Shown here: in pieces, positions 54,450-64,000 of the stretch
Layout of the letters: each line of letters begins with the position of its first letter
How positions within the stretch are numbered: the stretch's first letter is position 1
IMG/VR virus record: IMGVR_UViG_3300021400_000191
Span: 1 to 64,000 of that record
Source: a virus
Lineage: Duplodnaviria; Caudoviricetes
Length of the DNA stretch: 64,000 nucleotides
Direction: 5' to 3' (one strand)
Program-made: the position numbers and the translations under genes
Notes under the pieces: model-generated
Databases searched by the model: none
The model's input: the letters and a program-made list of their open reading frames with translations, nothing else
Told to the model about the DNA's origin: nothing

Positions 54450-57400
54450 GTGGCTGATGTATTATCAATGACAATACAACTTGATGGATATCAAGATCTT
54501 ATTGCGGCAGCTGATGCTGGCGAAAAATTAAATCAGTCTTTGGAAAATATAGAGAGAACAGCGAGCAGAGGACCAACAATTTTTAATAATTACACACGGC
54601 ATTTACGCACAGAAGTTCAGGATGCCGTTGATTTGATGGACTCCGCTAAAGAGAAATTAACAGATCCAGATACTAAAATGAATTCATATACATCTGAGCT
54701 TCGTACTGGTGAATATGAATTTGGCGCTAAGACAATGACTGCTATTTCACACGATTTGTCTAAGCTGCAAGCTCTTTCTAAAACACTGAATGGGTTCCAC
54801 TTTAGTGAGTCTGACATCCATCATATTGAAAAGCAGCTTCCAGCTTTGAACAGACTTATTCGGTCAGTTGGCAACACGTTCGGAGATAACACAAGTCGAA
54901 TTACTTCTTTATCTCCTGATAAATATATACGCTCAGCTGTTATGGCAACCGAAGAATATCAAGGTATTTTGGAAAGCATGTCGAGCTTGGCTTTCTTTCA
55001 GACAAAGACAGCAAAAGGCAAACAGCGCAAAATACCCAAAGGTCAAAACTTAGATAATTTTATGGAGTCACTTGTCGATTACAGCATTGTGAATGTTTTG
55101 GATGCTGTGCAACGATATGACTACATGCAACATTTCAAAGGTATGAAGCATAGTCATATTGGCTCTTTTGAGAGTTATGAGGATATGCTTCCGAAAGCTT
55201 TCAAGAAAGCTCGCACTGGTCTTACACAAGTGTCCAATGCAGACTTTGCTTCATTACTTACAAACAATGACTTTCTTACCAGAAGACAGAAAAAGAGTCT
55301 TGGAGATGTAATTCAAGAAAATACTTATATGGCTCAGGCTGCAGAACTTGCTGGCATTGCATCAAGATCAAAAGGCACTTTGAGTGTTAATAGGCACGTG
55401 ACAAGACAGCAAGTTAATGCTGCTGCCGGTTATTTGTATCAGATGATCGAAAACGGCGCTCGTGGCATGCCGATGTATGGTATCAAAGATGTAAATAATC
55501 CTGACGACTTTGAACGCATCTTGAATAAAAACAATAAATTGCTGAACGGTTCTATGAGTGCTGCCAGATTCCTGTCGGATCATTTTGATTGGCTTACTCC
55601 CCTTCTGTATGGTTCATCACAAATCAATGATTTAAACACACAAGTTGTATCTCAGATGCGCACAAAAGCGCAAGCAAAGAATCCCAAGGTGGATCTTAAT
55701 AGAATTAATAACAGCACGAGGCAATTAGGCAACATTCATTTTGATGCGACTCCTAATGCTTATCAGGTTACTCATTATTCATTAGACGATATTGCACAGC
55801 ACAGAAGTTGGCAGAGCGGAGATCCTTATAGTGAGACTGATCGAGCACACAAGATGGTTGTCAATGGCAGTATGGGGTTGGACAAAATAATGAGAACTGC
55901 AGAGGGTGGTCGAGTACTCCCTCACAATTCTGCTCTTGATTATGTCTTTTATATTGATTTGGATCCGCGTTTGATCGACGAATCTACTCCGCAGGATGTA
56001 CGCGATAATCTTATGCGTCAAGTTGGCGAACTGTACACAAAAGGAACGTCAGTTAAAATTGGCGGTCAAAAAACAAAGTTCAAAGCAACCAGAATTAATC
56101 CGAAGTCCCTTGGCATTGAAATGGTTCGCGCTGACATAGTTGATAACATTGAAAATAAACAAGGTTTGAAAAATTTCTTTACTGGTGGCATTACTCCAAG
56201 AGTTTTCGATAACAGCCAAGACTTTGCCAAGTTCATGGAGTACAGTTCCAAGATCGCTACAGAAGGTGTAGATATACGACAACTGTATGGTAAAGATGCT
56301 TTGCCTGACAAAGACAAAATTGTTATCGTTGATATGGCAGCATACACTGGTGCGAACGATAAAACAAAAGTTCCAGGATTGAACGGTGCTAGTTATATCA
56401 GTAGCGGGTTGACTGGTGGCAACGCATTTCAGGCTCGTATGTTTGGCTACAAAGGTGTTCTGAACTCTGTCAATATGGGTAATGTTGTTGAAGCTTTTAC
56501 CGGCAACAAGAATGGTGAAATCGTAGTTCCTGGCTATGGCGGCACATTGCAAAAGATTACAAAGGACACCCAGATGGTCATCAATATGGAAGACTTAAAG
56601 GGTGCTGGATTAAGGTTCGGCAAAAATGCTTCTTATGATGAGATCCAAAAAATTATTGCACAGAACATTGCCGACAATAGTATCTATGTTAATAGAACTG
56701 CAAATCAAGCTGGGCGTACACATTTAACATGGATTCCTGCACAGCTTGCTCAGACACTTGATATTGATGCGAACCAAGCCGATGTGTTTCAAAAAACATT
56801 CTGGGATATATTCAGAAGTGTTGGTACGCCAACAGGTGCGGCGAAATATATTTTCGCTGATGACAGTGCCCTCTCAACCAGCCTGCTTTCAGAAGGCGGT
56901 GCCGCTCTATTAAATAAGAAACCTTACAAGAATCGTATTGAAGCATTTAGAACTCATATGATTGAACGTATGAGTCGAGGCGATCTTCCTATGCCTGAGG
57001 GAGTACAGGCGCATCGTGGCATGCTGGCTCCTTGGGCAATCAATGTATTCTCAGATGCTATCAATGAAATGTATAAAAGAGGGCAAATCGGTGCCGACCA
57101 AGTTCCGCGGAATATGTGGGATGGAGGCTGGGTACCGGAAGCTGGCCCGATTACTAACGGAAAAGCAAGGCGTTTTATCGATAAAAAGACTGGGCAAGTT
57201 ATAGAAGATCTGTTGCCGAAGGATGCCAATGGGCAAGAATTAAGCTCGGCAGATATTGCCAGATTACGTATAGGCGAGAACGATGCTGTGTTCTCTAAGA
57301 GTATGGCTACACTGTTGGGTATTAGCCGTTTCCCGGCACAGATCCAATCAGCACAAAAAATAAATAACAGAGCTAATGATAAGGCACTTAAAAGTACTAA

Positions 57401-60400
57401 TTTCAGGAAGCTCGTCCAACAGCTTGGTATGGACCCGAATGCTATCTATTTGGCACAAGACTCTCCTCTTCTCGGATTAATGCAAGGTGCTGACTTTGAC
57501 GGTGATATGTCAGATATCATTGATCTTATGAGCAAAGATGGCACTACCATGCAAGACATGATGAATAAAATCTGGGATAAGACTGTTACATATCATAACG
57601 ATCTTGTTGCGAGAGCTCAGCTTGCCCCGGATGAGCGCGACCGTATTCTTGAGAAACAAAAGCGTAGCATTTTTGGTGACCAGAAAAAGTTCGATCCGCG
57701 TAATGCGTTGGATGTTGGACGGTGGGTCACAGCCTCTATGATGCAATCAATTCGAATGGGCGGGCCTAATGCTATTTCCAGAAACGCAATGCAGATGGAT
57801 ATCACTCCAGATATTGCGAAAGAACTTATCATGGCTTTTGACCAATACGATACAAACTCTACTTCTGCAAAAACTGGTTATTTCTTTGAAACACCAGATA
57901 CAGCAAAAAATATTTTGTTTGGTTATAAGTCTTGGGACCAGTTTAACAACCAATTAATGAAGAGCAGAGATAGTAAAAACAATATTGACTATGGTCGTTT
58001 CTTAAAGACAAATTTGTTCAAAATGAATTTGCCATCGATACATATGTCTGGGAACATCTTAGCTTCATTACTTGCAAGAAGTACCGCTGCACAAAACGGT
58101 GTGCAGCTGGATAATGGTGTAAGTTGGAGTACTGCTTTTGCCAACTCTACTCTGGGCAATTTACAAAGACTTAAAGATAAAGGTTATTTAAATGAGGCAT
58201 CAGAATCGGCATTAACAAAAGAAACAAGACAATTTATTACTGGCATGGAAAGCTTGCTTCTTGGCGAACTTCGCGGCGACTATGTTATTGCATCGCAACA
58301 TGATGCTGACGCGTTGCTTGATATGCGCACGAAAGCAATTAACGCTGAAATGAGAAATGGACATAACCATCAAGAAGCAGAATATATTATTGGCGAGTTT
58401 GGTGGAACTGTTCTTAGCAACTTGCTTGACCCTAATTACGGCTTGACAGATGAACACATCAATGATGCTTCCGATTCAATTAAACGTACTATGCGTGCTT
58501 TTAAAAGATTCGGCGGTGGATATAGCACAAGCCATCTTGACTTCGACAGTATTGCCAAAATGGCTTTGTCATCTAAAAGGCAGTATGAACGTGTTGATCC
58601 GTCCTCTGCGCTTGGTAAACTTAAATATCTCCCACACGATGCTATACAAGATAAACTCGATAATACTGGATGGTCTGTAACAAGCTTGATCCATTTTGCA
58701 GAAGACCCTGTTGACTGGGTTGTTAATCAGCTTGGACAAATGGACACCAAGCGAGACACTGGTACAAATGCACATACTATGTTTGGTCATGCTGCAGAAG
58801 ATATGATTCAGGATTACTTTGATATTCGCGAAAAGCTTGTGCGCAAGCAATTGAAAGATGATCCAAATGCAACACGAGCTTTGCCAGAAGCTGTTAAGAG
58901 ACAACTGCTTGAAGATATCTGGAATGGTAAAGAAATAGTAGATCCAGAAGATAGTTCAAAGAATATTAAATTTGAATCATTTAGTGATAGGCTTCGGGCA
59001 TTGGGCAAAGATGCTAACTGGGATGACGAACGTATTGAAGCAATGATTGATGAAATTACTTCTAAGCCCAATGGTGGTCATATAGCAGAATCCAGATTGC
59101 AAAAGAAATACAGAAGATTCAAAGCTTTTATGTCATCTCAAAATCAAAAGGGCATTCTGTCTATTCTCCCAGAGTTAGCAAATGAATATATCGGTAGCGA
59201 AGATGATCTGACTATTAGTAAACTTGGTGAGCAACTTGGTGACTCGTCAAAATCCATTGATATGCATGGTCATCAGGACTTGCTGTTCAGAATGCTGGAC
59301 AAAGATAATAAGCTCAACATTATTGATATTAAAACATATGGCGGTCTTGAAGATTTCACAATGGATAAAAAACGAGCTGTTGCCTTCCAGCTGCAGATGT
59401 ATGCAAATGCTGACGAGTTCCGTCAAGGCGGTCCTGATAAATTCAAAAACAATGGTATTGGTGCATTGAATGTGCTTTTGGCTGACGCTGCAGCTGGACA
59501 AAACATGTATGCTATAGACTCTAGTCAAGAATCCATAGCGCATGCTGTGCGTGCAGCATCGCGTGTCATTCAAACAATACAGAATTTTTCAACTTCCGGG
59601 CTTGGACTTGATGCAATACAAAGAGCTAGTTTACTTGCTAATAAATTAATGTTTAGTGGCGGAATCGACGATGAGTTCGCGAAAGAATTGCAATTGTCTG
59701 AACGCGCAATCAAGCAAATGCGTGGCACAGGAATCTCTGATGCCGGTGCTTTGGGCGGTGTTTTAACTTCGCATGAAGATTACAAAGAGGCGATGGAGAG
59801 AACACAAAAGCTGTCGAAATCGATCCAAAGAAAATTAATTCCAGAGGACGAAAAAACAATAGGTAACATTTGGGACAGCTATCACGCAACAATCCGAGGG
59901 AACGAAGATACAATTGCAACTCTTGAAGCTCGTGGTAATTTCGCAGAAGCTGCAAGGTTACAGCGAGAAACAAATGATATAAAAGATCTTTATTATAGGA
60001 CTGTTCCAGAAGCCGCTATCCGTAGCTATTCTGACCTTGCTGATCAAATTGAAAGAACGAATAAAGGAATGATCGCTTCTAAAGAAGCAAAAGGTTTGAC
60101 AGAACAATGGAATGATTTAGCGAAGGCAGTACAGAATGCGAATAATGATTACAATGAGTTGAGTAAACTTATTGATGAAAGTAAAGGTACTGGTAAGAAA
60201 ATAAAAGATGAACGCAGTGCTTTTATAAAACAGCAAAAAGATATTGCTAAAGCAAAAGCTTCTGGCACTATGACAGACGAGCAGAAAAAGAATGAAGTTT
60301 CTGAAGAGGAATATAATGCAAAAATAAGCGACTTCAATTCTCAACTGCAAGAAACTGCTGCACGAGTCAAAGGATATAAACAAAACCAGAGACTTGCACA

Positions 60401-63400
60401 GAAGTTAGGTTTGAAGGCGGAAGAAGCTCGGCAAAAATTTCAGGAAACATTAAGCAATCAGGCTGACGAAATCATCGAAGATGAATATGATACTTTATCA
60501 AGAGAAATCAGCGGTGAGGTTGGTCCAGATAAAAAGGTGCCAAGCATTAAACAGCAGCTTGATAATTACAAGCTGATGGTAGGAAGACATCTTGGTAATA
60601 TCGAAGAATTCAGAAAAAGCGGTCTGTATTCCGACGACAAGGCTCTTGCACTTAGTATGCAGGCTCAAGCTCTTCTAACTGATGATAACATGGAAAAGCT
60701 CCGTCAACGTTATATTGGCGATGCATTAACATCACAGCGAGCATCAGTTAATGATATTATTGGTGCGTCAGATACTCGTGCAGACATACAAGCTGCGGTT
60801 GCTAAAAAGCAGTTTGATATTGATCAAAGCAAAGCAACCATTGCCAAAATATTCGAGGGTGAAAATTTAAATCTGGATCAGCAACATCTATATGATGCAT
60901 TGCTGCGTGATCTTGATAGTTTTGATTTGCAAGAATATCGTAGTCAACTCATTGATAAAGCAATTGATGCATATCAGACACAGACAAGTGGATCCAAAAT
61001 CAAAAGCTCATTTGACATAAAACGCAGTCAAAAACAAGCTGTTGAAAAGATGCTTCAAGATGATATATTGGAAAATAGCGCTAATTTGCGTACTGGTTTA
61101 ATTGAGGGTTATTTAGGTCAGGCAAACGGTGAAGCATTTCTTAAACAGAATTATGCAGATGAGTATGCACAATATTTGAAAGTTAAACGACTTAAACAAC
61201 AACTTGCCCGTTCACAATCTATTGATTTAGATGCTAATGAAAAACTTGAGCTTGAGGCTTTCCACAACAAACAGATGGAACAAGTTGCCAACATTACCGC
61301 TGCTCTTACTGGGGTCGGCACATCAAGCATGAAAATGTCAGAACTTAGAAGTGCTTCTTTGGCAACGCAGCTTAAATCTTTGTTTCAAGACGATGCTTTT
61401 AAAGGCAGTGATGGTAAACAACATATACCTTCTGCTTTACAAAAATATATTGATGCAAATGGCAAAGTTCAATCCGGTGAAATCTTGCAGGATATTATAA
61501 AGGATGAACAGGAACGTCAAAAGCTTCAATTATTAGAAACAAAATCTAATGGTGACATTGGGCATAAAATTAACATGGCTCAGCTTGATGCTGCTAAGAG
61601 GCAGTATAACATGGCTCGCTTACAGTATGGTCCGACATTTGTGGGCCGTAGTTGGCAGTATAATGATCAGCAGTATTTGTCATGGATGCACCAACGCAAT
61701 TCAGCGCAAACTGCAATTGACAGAACAAATGCTCATATCAATCAGTTAAATTATCAAAGGAAGCACACTGATCCAACCGATACAGATAAGCTTGCTTTGA
61801 TTGATGAAAACATCCGTATTGCCAATAATGCTCTTGCCGACTACGATGCAAGCTTAACTCAGGCAGATGCTGCCATGAAAGAATTCAGTTCTACTGGTGG
61901 TCTGCTTCGTACTACGTTAATGAATGTCAGCAATGCTGCGGAAAATCTCCTTCTTCAGTTAGGCAAGCGAGCATTGCAAACTGCTTTTAAAGAAGCCTCT
62001 ACATTCGTGCGTCAGTTCAACGCTGACATGTTGACTATTCAAGCAATTTCTGGTAAGTCTACCGGTGAGATGGGTGAAGTGCGTGCTTCTTCTATCAAGC
62101 AAGCAAAAGAATTAAAAACATCTGTTTCCAATGTTACTTCAACTAAGGCTGCTCTTTACAGACAGGGTCTTTCAGATAAAGAGGTAGAAGAAAGAACAAA
62201 TGCTATCGTTAAGTTTAGTACTGTAACCGGTGCGAAAATCACTGATGCAACAAAAGGTCTTACAACTGCTATTCAAACTGGACTCGTGTCCAATATTAAT
62301 CAGGCTATGGATGTACTCACTGCTCTTGGCGATAGTGCAGCTACGACCGCAGAAGAAATTGAAAAAGGTATGCAGAAAGCTGCGGCCTCTGCAAAGACTG
62401 CCGGAGTCTCCTACAATGAATTGACATCAATGCTGACTATTGCAACAAGTAAGACACAGCTCGGTGGTGCACAGGCTGGTACATTTTTCCAGACATTGTT
62501 CAGCCGTATGAATCGTGTTACAAAAGAAGGTTTCATTACGGACGAAACCGGTGAAACCACAAGTATCAATGATGTTGAAACCGCATTGAAAACTGCTGGC
62601 ATCAGATTAAGATCAAGCAAAGATGTGTTCCGTAGTTCTTTCGATGTGCTTCGAGAACTTGCTTCTGTATGGGAAGGGTTGTCTGACTTACAGAAAGGCA
62701 ACATTACTTATGCAATGGCTGGCGGTCGTCAGGCTAACATGTTCAATACACTTATGGCTGGCATGGGCGAAGATGGCGGCAAGCTGCTTGATGAATATCT
62801 TGGTCTTGCTGATAATTCTGATAACACAGTTCAGAGTAAGTATGAAGTTGTAATCCAAGGAATTCAGGCTGCAATGGATAACCTGAAGTCTACATTTGAT
62901 GGTTTCGTTGAAAGCCTTGGTTCGGATAATATGATCACTGGTTTGCTCAATGGTGTCACTGGTTTGGTCCAAGGTTTCACAAATCTGAGTGAGGCTGGCA
63001 GTGCGGCGATCCCTGTGATCACAGCATTAATCGCGGCTCTTGGTGCATTGTCAATTAAGATAGCGGTCTTTGGTTTCCTTAAAGATATCGCAACTATGCC
63101 TGATGCTTTGGCTATTACTAAATGGGCTGCTGCTTCTGCTGGTCTGATTAGTACTGTTGCTGCTATTGGTGCAATTGCCGGTGTTGCTGGCACAGCTGGT
63201 GGAATCGGAAATGCGCTTTTTGGCAAACCGGAACAAAAGGAAACAGATGGTGAACTGTCAAGAACAAATACAAATGCACTCAAAGAAAAACAAGATAGAC
63301 GCAGAAAAGCGGTTCAAGATGCGATCAATGATATTGATAACATCACGACAAAGTATGAAGACACATTTGATAACATTCCTACAGAGGCTACCGATGCTCT

Positions 63401-64000
63401 TGGTACTGCGGTCCAAACGTTGTCAGTGTATTTTTCTGGCCTTACTGATAATGTTAACCAAGCTTCTGGTTCTCTTGAATATTACACTGAAGTTGCAAAG
63501 AGAGCAAAAGAAGCAAGCGAGCAGCAAAATAAAACTGATGCTTCAACCTTGTTAGCAGAAGCTATGGGTGGCATTACTGAAAGTCTTAACACATACAAAG
63601 ATACAGAGCAAACATTTCTTGCTGAACATACTGGTACGAAATTGACTAGTGATGGATACGTGTATGCAAGATTAAATAACTTTGTTGGTAAAACTCCACA
63701 GTTGTATGATAATTTAGAAGCATTATATCGAAGCGACAAAGATATTTTAACAGAACAAGACTTCAAAGACATAGGTATATCTCTTACTGATAGTGAAAAA
63801 GAGCTACTTGCCAATGGGTCATATGGTGAATTAAGCAAAGTATTGCAAGGCAGATTATTTTCCAGCACTAGCACATTAGGTGGACTAACGGAATTATTGT
63901 TCGCAAATGCATCTGGTATGAGTAATGCAATTGATACCAACTTTTGGAATGAAAATGGTGAACAAGTTGGAAATATCAATGATATTACGGATGCGCTCGA
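54450..64000 (+). CDS. Giant tape-measure protein with N-terminal two-barrel RNA polymerase (polymerase C) and PD-(D/E)XK nuclease domains (partial, >3180 aa)
   Basis: AAAGGAG RBS and GTG at 54450 (MADVLSMTIQL...); same frame carries FQARMFGYKGVL (56427), SRFP (57324), ADFDGD (57489-57506), IIDIKT and FQLQMYA (59319-59405), and a TP901-type tape-measure core (~62000-62900); no ORF in this frame appears in the track, consistent with no stop before the window end. Confidence 0.85.
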   Translation, partial: MADVLSMTIQLDGYQDLIAAADAGEKLNQSLENIERTASRGPTIFNNYTRHLRTEVQDAVDLMDSAKEKLTDPDTKMNSYTSELRTGEYEFGAKTMTAISHDLSKLQALSKTLNGFHFSESDIHHIEKQLPALNRLIRSVGNTFGDNTSRITSLSPDKYIRSAVMATEEYQGILESMSSLAFFQTKTAKGKQRKIPKGQNLDNFMESLVDYSIVNVLDAVQRYDYMQHFKGMKHSHIGSFESYEDMLPKAFKKARTGLTQVSNADFASLLTNNDFLTRRQKKSLGDVIQENTYMAQAAELAGIASRSKGTLSVNRHVTRQQVNAAAGYLYQMIENGARGMPMYGIKDVNNPDDFERILNKNNKLLNGSMSAARFLSDHFDWLTPLLYGSSQINDLNTQVVSQMRTKAQAKNPKVDLNRINNSTRQLGNIHFDATPNAYQVTHYSLDDIAQHRSWQSGDPYSETDRAHKMVVNGSMGLDKIMRTAEGGRVLPHNSALDYVFYIDLDPRLIDESTPQDVRDNLMRQVGELYTKGTSVKIGGQKTKFKATRINPKSLGIEMVRADIVDNIENKQGLKNFFTGGITPRVFDNSQDFAKFMEYSSKIATEGVDIRQLYGKDALPDKDKIVIVDMAAYTGANDKTKVPGLNGASYISSGLTGGNAFQARMFGYKGVLNSVNMGNVVEAFTGNKNGEIVVPGYGGTLQKITKDTQMVINMEDLKGAGLRFGKNASYDEIQKIIAQNIADNSIYVNRTANQAGRTHLTWIPAQLAQTLDIDANQADVFQKTFWDIFRSVGTPTGAAKYIFADDSALSTSLLSEGGAALLNKKPYKNRIEAFRTHMIERMSRGDLPMPEGVQAHRGMLAPWAINVFSDAINEMYKRGQIGADQVPRNMWDGGWVPEAGPITNGKARRFIDKKTGQVIEDLLPKDANGQELSSADIARLRIGENDAVFSKSMATLLGISRFPAQIQSAQKINNRANDKALKSTNFRKLVQQLGMDPNAIYLAQDSPLLGLMQGADFDGDMSDIIDLMSKDGTTMQDMMNKIWDKTVTYHNDLVARAQLAPDERDRILEKQKRSIFGDQKKFDPRNALDVGRWVTASMMQSIRMGGPNAISRNAMQMDITPDIAKELIMAFDQYDTNSTSAKTGYFFETPDTAKNILFGYKSWDQFNNQLMKSRDSKNNIDYGRFLKTNLFKMNLPSIHMSGNILASLLARSTAAQNGVQLDNGVSWSTAFANSTLGNLQRLKDKGYLNEASESALTKETRQFITGMESLLLGELRGDYVIASQHDADALLDMRTKAINAEMRNGHNHQEAEYIIGEFGGTVLSNLLDPNYGLTDEHINDASDSIKRTMRAFKRFGGGYSTSHLDFDSIAKMALSSKRQYERVDPSSALGKLKYLPHDAIQDKLDNTGWSVTSLIHFAEDPVDWVVNQLGQMDTKRDTGTNAHTMFGHAAEDMIQDYFDIREKLVRKQLKDDPNATRALPEAVKRQLLEDIWNGKEIVDPEDSSKNIKFESFSDRLRALGKDANWDDERIEAMIDEITSKPNGGHIAESRLQKKYRRFKAFMSSQNQKGILSILPELANEYIGSEDDLTISKLGEQLGDSSKSIDMHGHQDLLFRMLDKDNKLNIIDIKTYGGLEDFTMDKKRAVAFQLQMYANADEFRQGGPDKFKNNGIGALNVLLADAAAGQNMYAIDSSQESIAHAVRAASRVIQTIQNFSTSGLGLDAIQRASLLANKLMFSGGIDDEFAKELQLSERAIKQMRGTGISDAGALGGVLTSHEDYKEAMERTQKLSKSIQRKLIPEDEKTIGNIWDSYHATIRGNEDTIATLEARGNFAEAARLQRETNDIKDLYYRTVPEAAIRSYSDLADQIERTNKGMIASKEAKGLTEQWNDLAKAVQNANNDYNELSKLIDESKGTGKKIKDERSAFIKQQKDIAKAKASGTMTDEQKKNEVSEEEYNAKISDFNSQLQETAARVKGYKQNQRLAQKLGLKAEEARQKFQETLSNQADEIIEDEYDTLSREISGEVGPDKKVPSIKQQLDNYKLMVGRHLGNIEEFRKSGLYSDDKALALSMQAQALLTDDNMEKLRQRYIGDALTSQRASVNDIIGASDTRADIQAAVAKKQFDIDQSKATIAKIFEGENLNLDQQHLYDALLRDLDSFDLQEYRSQLIDKAIDAYQTQTSGSKIKSSFDIKRSQKQAVEKMLQDDILENSANLRTGLIEGYLGQANGEAFLKQNYADEYAQYLKVKRLKQQLARSQSIDLDANEKLELEAFHNKQMEQVANITAALTGVGTSSMKMSELRSASLATQLKSLFQDDAFKGSDGKQHIPSALQKYIDANGKVQSGEILQDIIKDEQERQKLQLLETKSNGDIGHKINMAQLDAAKRQYNMARLQYGPTFVGRSWQYNDQQYLSWMHQRNSAQTAIDRTNAHINQLNYQRKHTDPTDTDKLALIDENIRIANNALADYDASLTQADAAMKEFSSTGGLLRTTLMNVSNAAENLLLQLGKRALQTAFKEASTFVRQFNADMLTIQAISGKSTGEMGEVRASSIKQAKELKTSVSNVTSTKAALYRQGLSDKEVEERTNAIVKFSTVTGAKITDATKGLTTAIQTGLVSNINQAMDVLTALGDSAATTAEEIEKGMQKAAASAKTAGVSYNELTSMLTIATSKTQLGGAQAGTFFQTLFSRMNRVTKEGFITDETGETTSINDVETALKTAGIRLRSSKDVFRSSFDVLRELASVWEGLSDLQKGNITYAMAGGRQANMFNTLMAGMGEDGGKLLDEYLGLADNSDNTVQSKYEVVIQGIQAAMDNLKSTFDGFVESLGSDNMITGLLNGVTGLVQGFTNLSEAGSAAIPVITALIAALGALSIKIAVFGFLKDIATMPDALAITKWAAASAGLISTVAAIGAIAGVAGTAGGIGNALFGKPEQKETDGELSRTNTNALKEKQDRRRKAVQDAINDIDNITTKYEDTFDNIPTEATDALGTAVQTLSVYFSGLTDNVNQASGSLEYYTEVAKRAKEASEQQNKTDASTLLAEAMGGITESLNTYKDTEQTFLAEHTGTKLTSDGYVYARLNNFVGKTPQLYDNLEALYRSDKDILTEQDFKDIGISLTDSEKELLANGSYGELSKVLQGRLFSSTSTLGGLTELLFANASGMSNAIDTNFWNENGEQVGNINDITDAL

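Noticed and set aside
54450-64000. Apparent gene desert or stop-codon recoding at the right end
   Set aside because: One plus-strand frame is open throughout under the standard code; it is missing from the track only because it has no stop in the window

Overview
A 64-kb segment of a large tailed dsDNA phage. A siphovirus-like phage of a Bacillota/Clostridia-type host is inferred from strong Shine-Dalgarno sites and ThyX, DnaE, YopX and RemA-like genes. Bases 1-41.5 kb are a leftward (minus-strand) arm: nucleotide metabolism and replication genes (dUTPase, ThyX, DnaE split by a group I intron with an HNH ORF, primase-helicase, two SSBs, Sak3-like annealase), a probable origin with iterons, and many small early genes. 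Bases 41.7-64 kb are the rightward virion module (terminase, portal, protease/scaffold, capsid, neck, tail tube, frameshifted tail chaperone, tape measure). Highlights: (1) A retron-like reverse transcriptase is flanked by THREE non-coding elements of one architecture: a terminal inverted repeat ending just before a conserved G, a three-way junction with a UGARA-capped stem, then a different template in each. One template carries a natural 'polylinker' of overlapping restriction-type palindromes and another a 41-bp mismatched hairpin. The cassette lies directly downstream of a complete ubiquitin-like Ubl/E2/JAB/E1 operon. (2) A >3180-aa ORF missing from the ORF track (54450 to the window end) fuses an ADFDGD two-barrel RNA polymerase domain and a PD-(D/E)XK nuclease to a tape-measure core. 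The window therefore has three DxDGD polymerase genes, plus three families of repeated candidate promoter elements. All calls come from reading motifs by eye; no database searches or folding programs were run.
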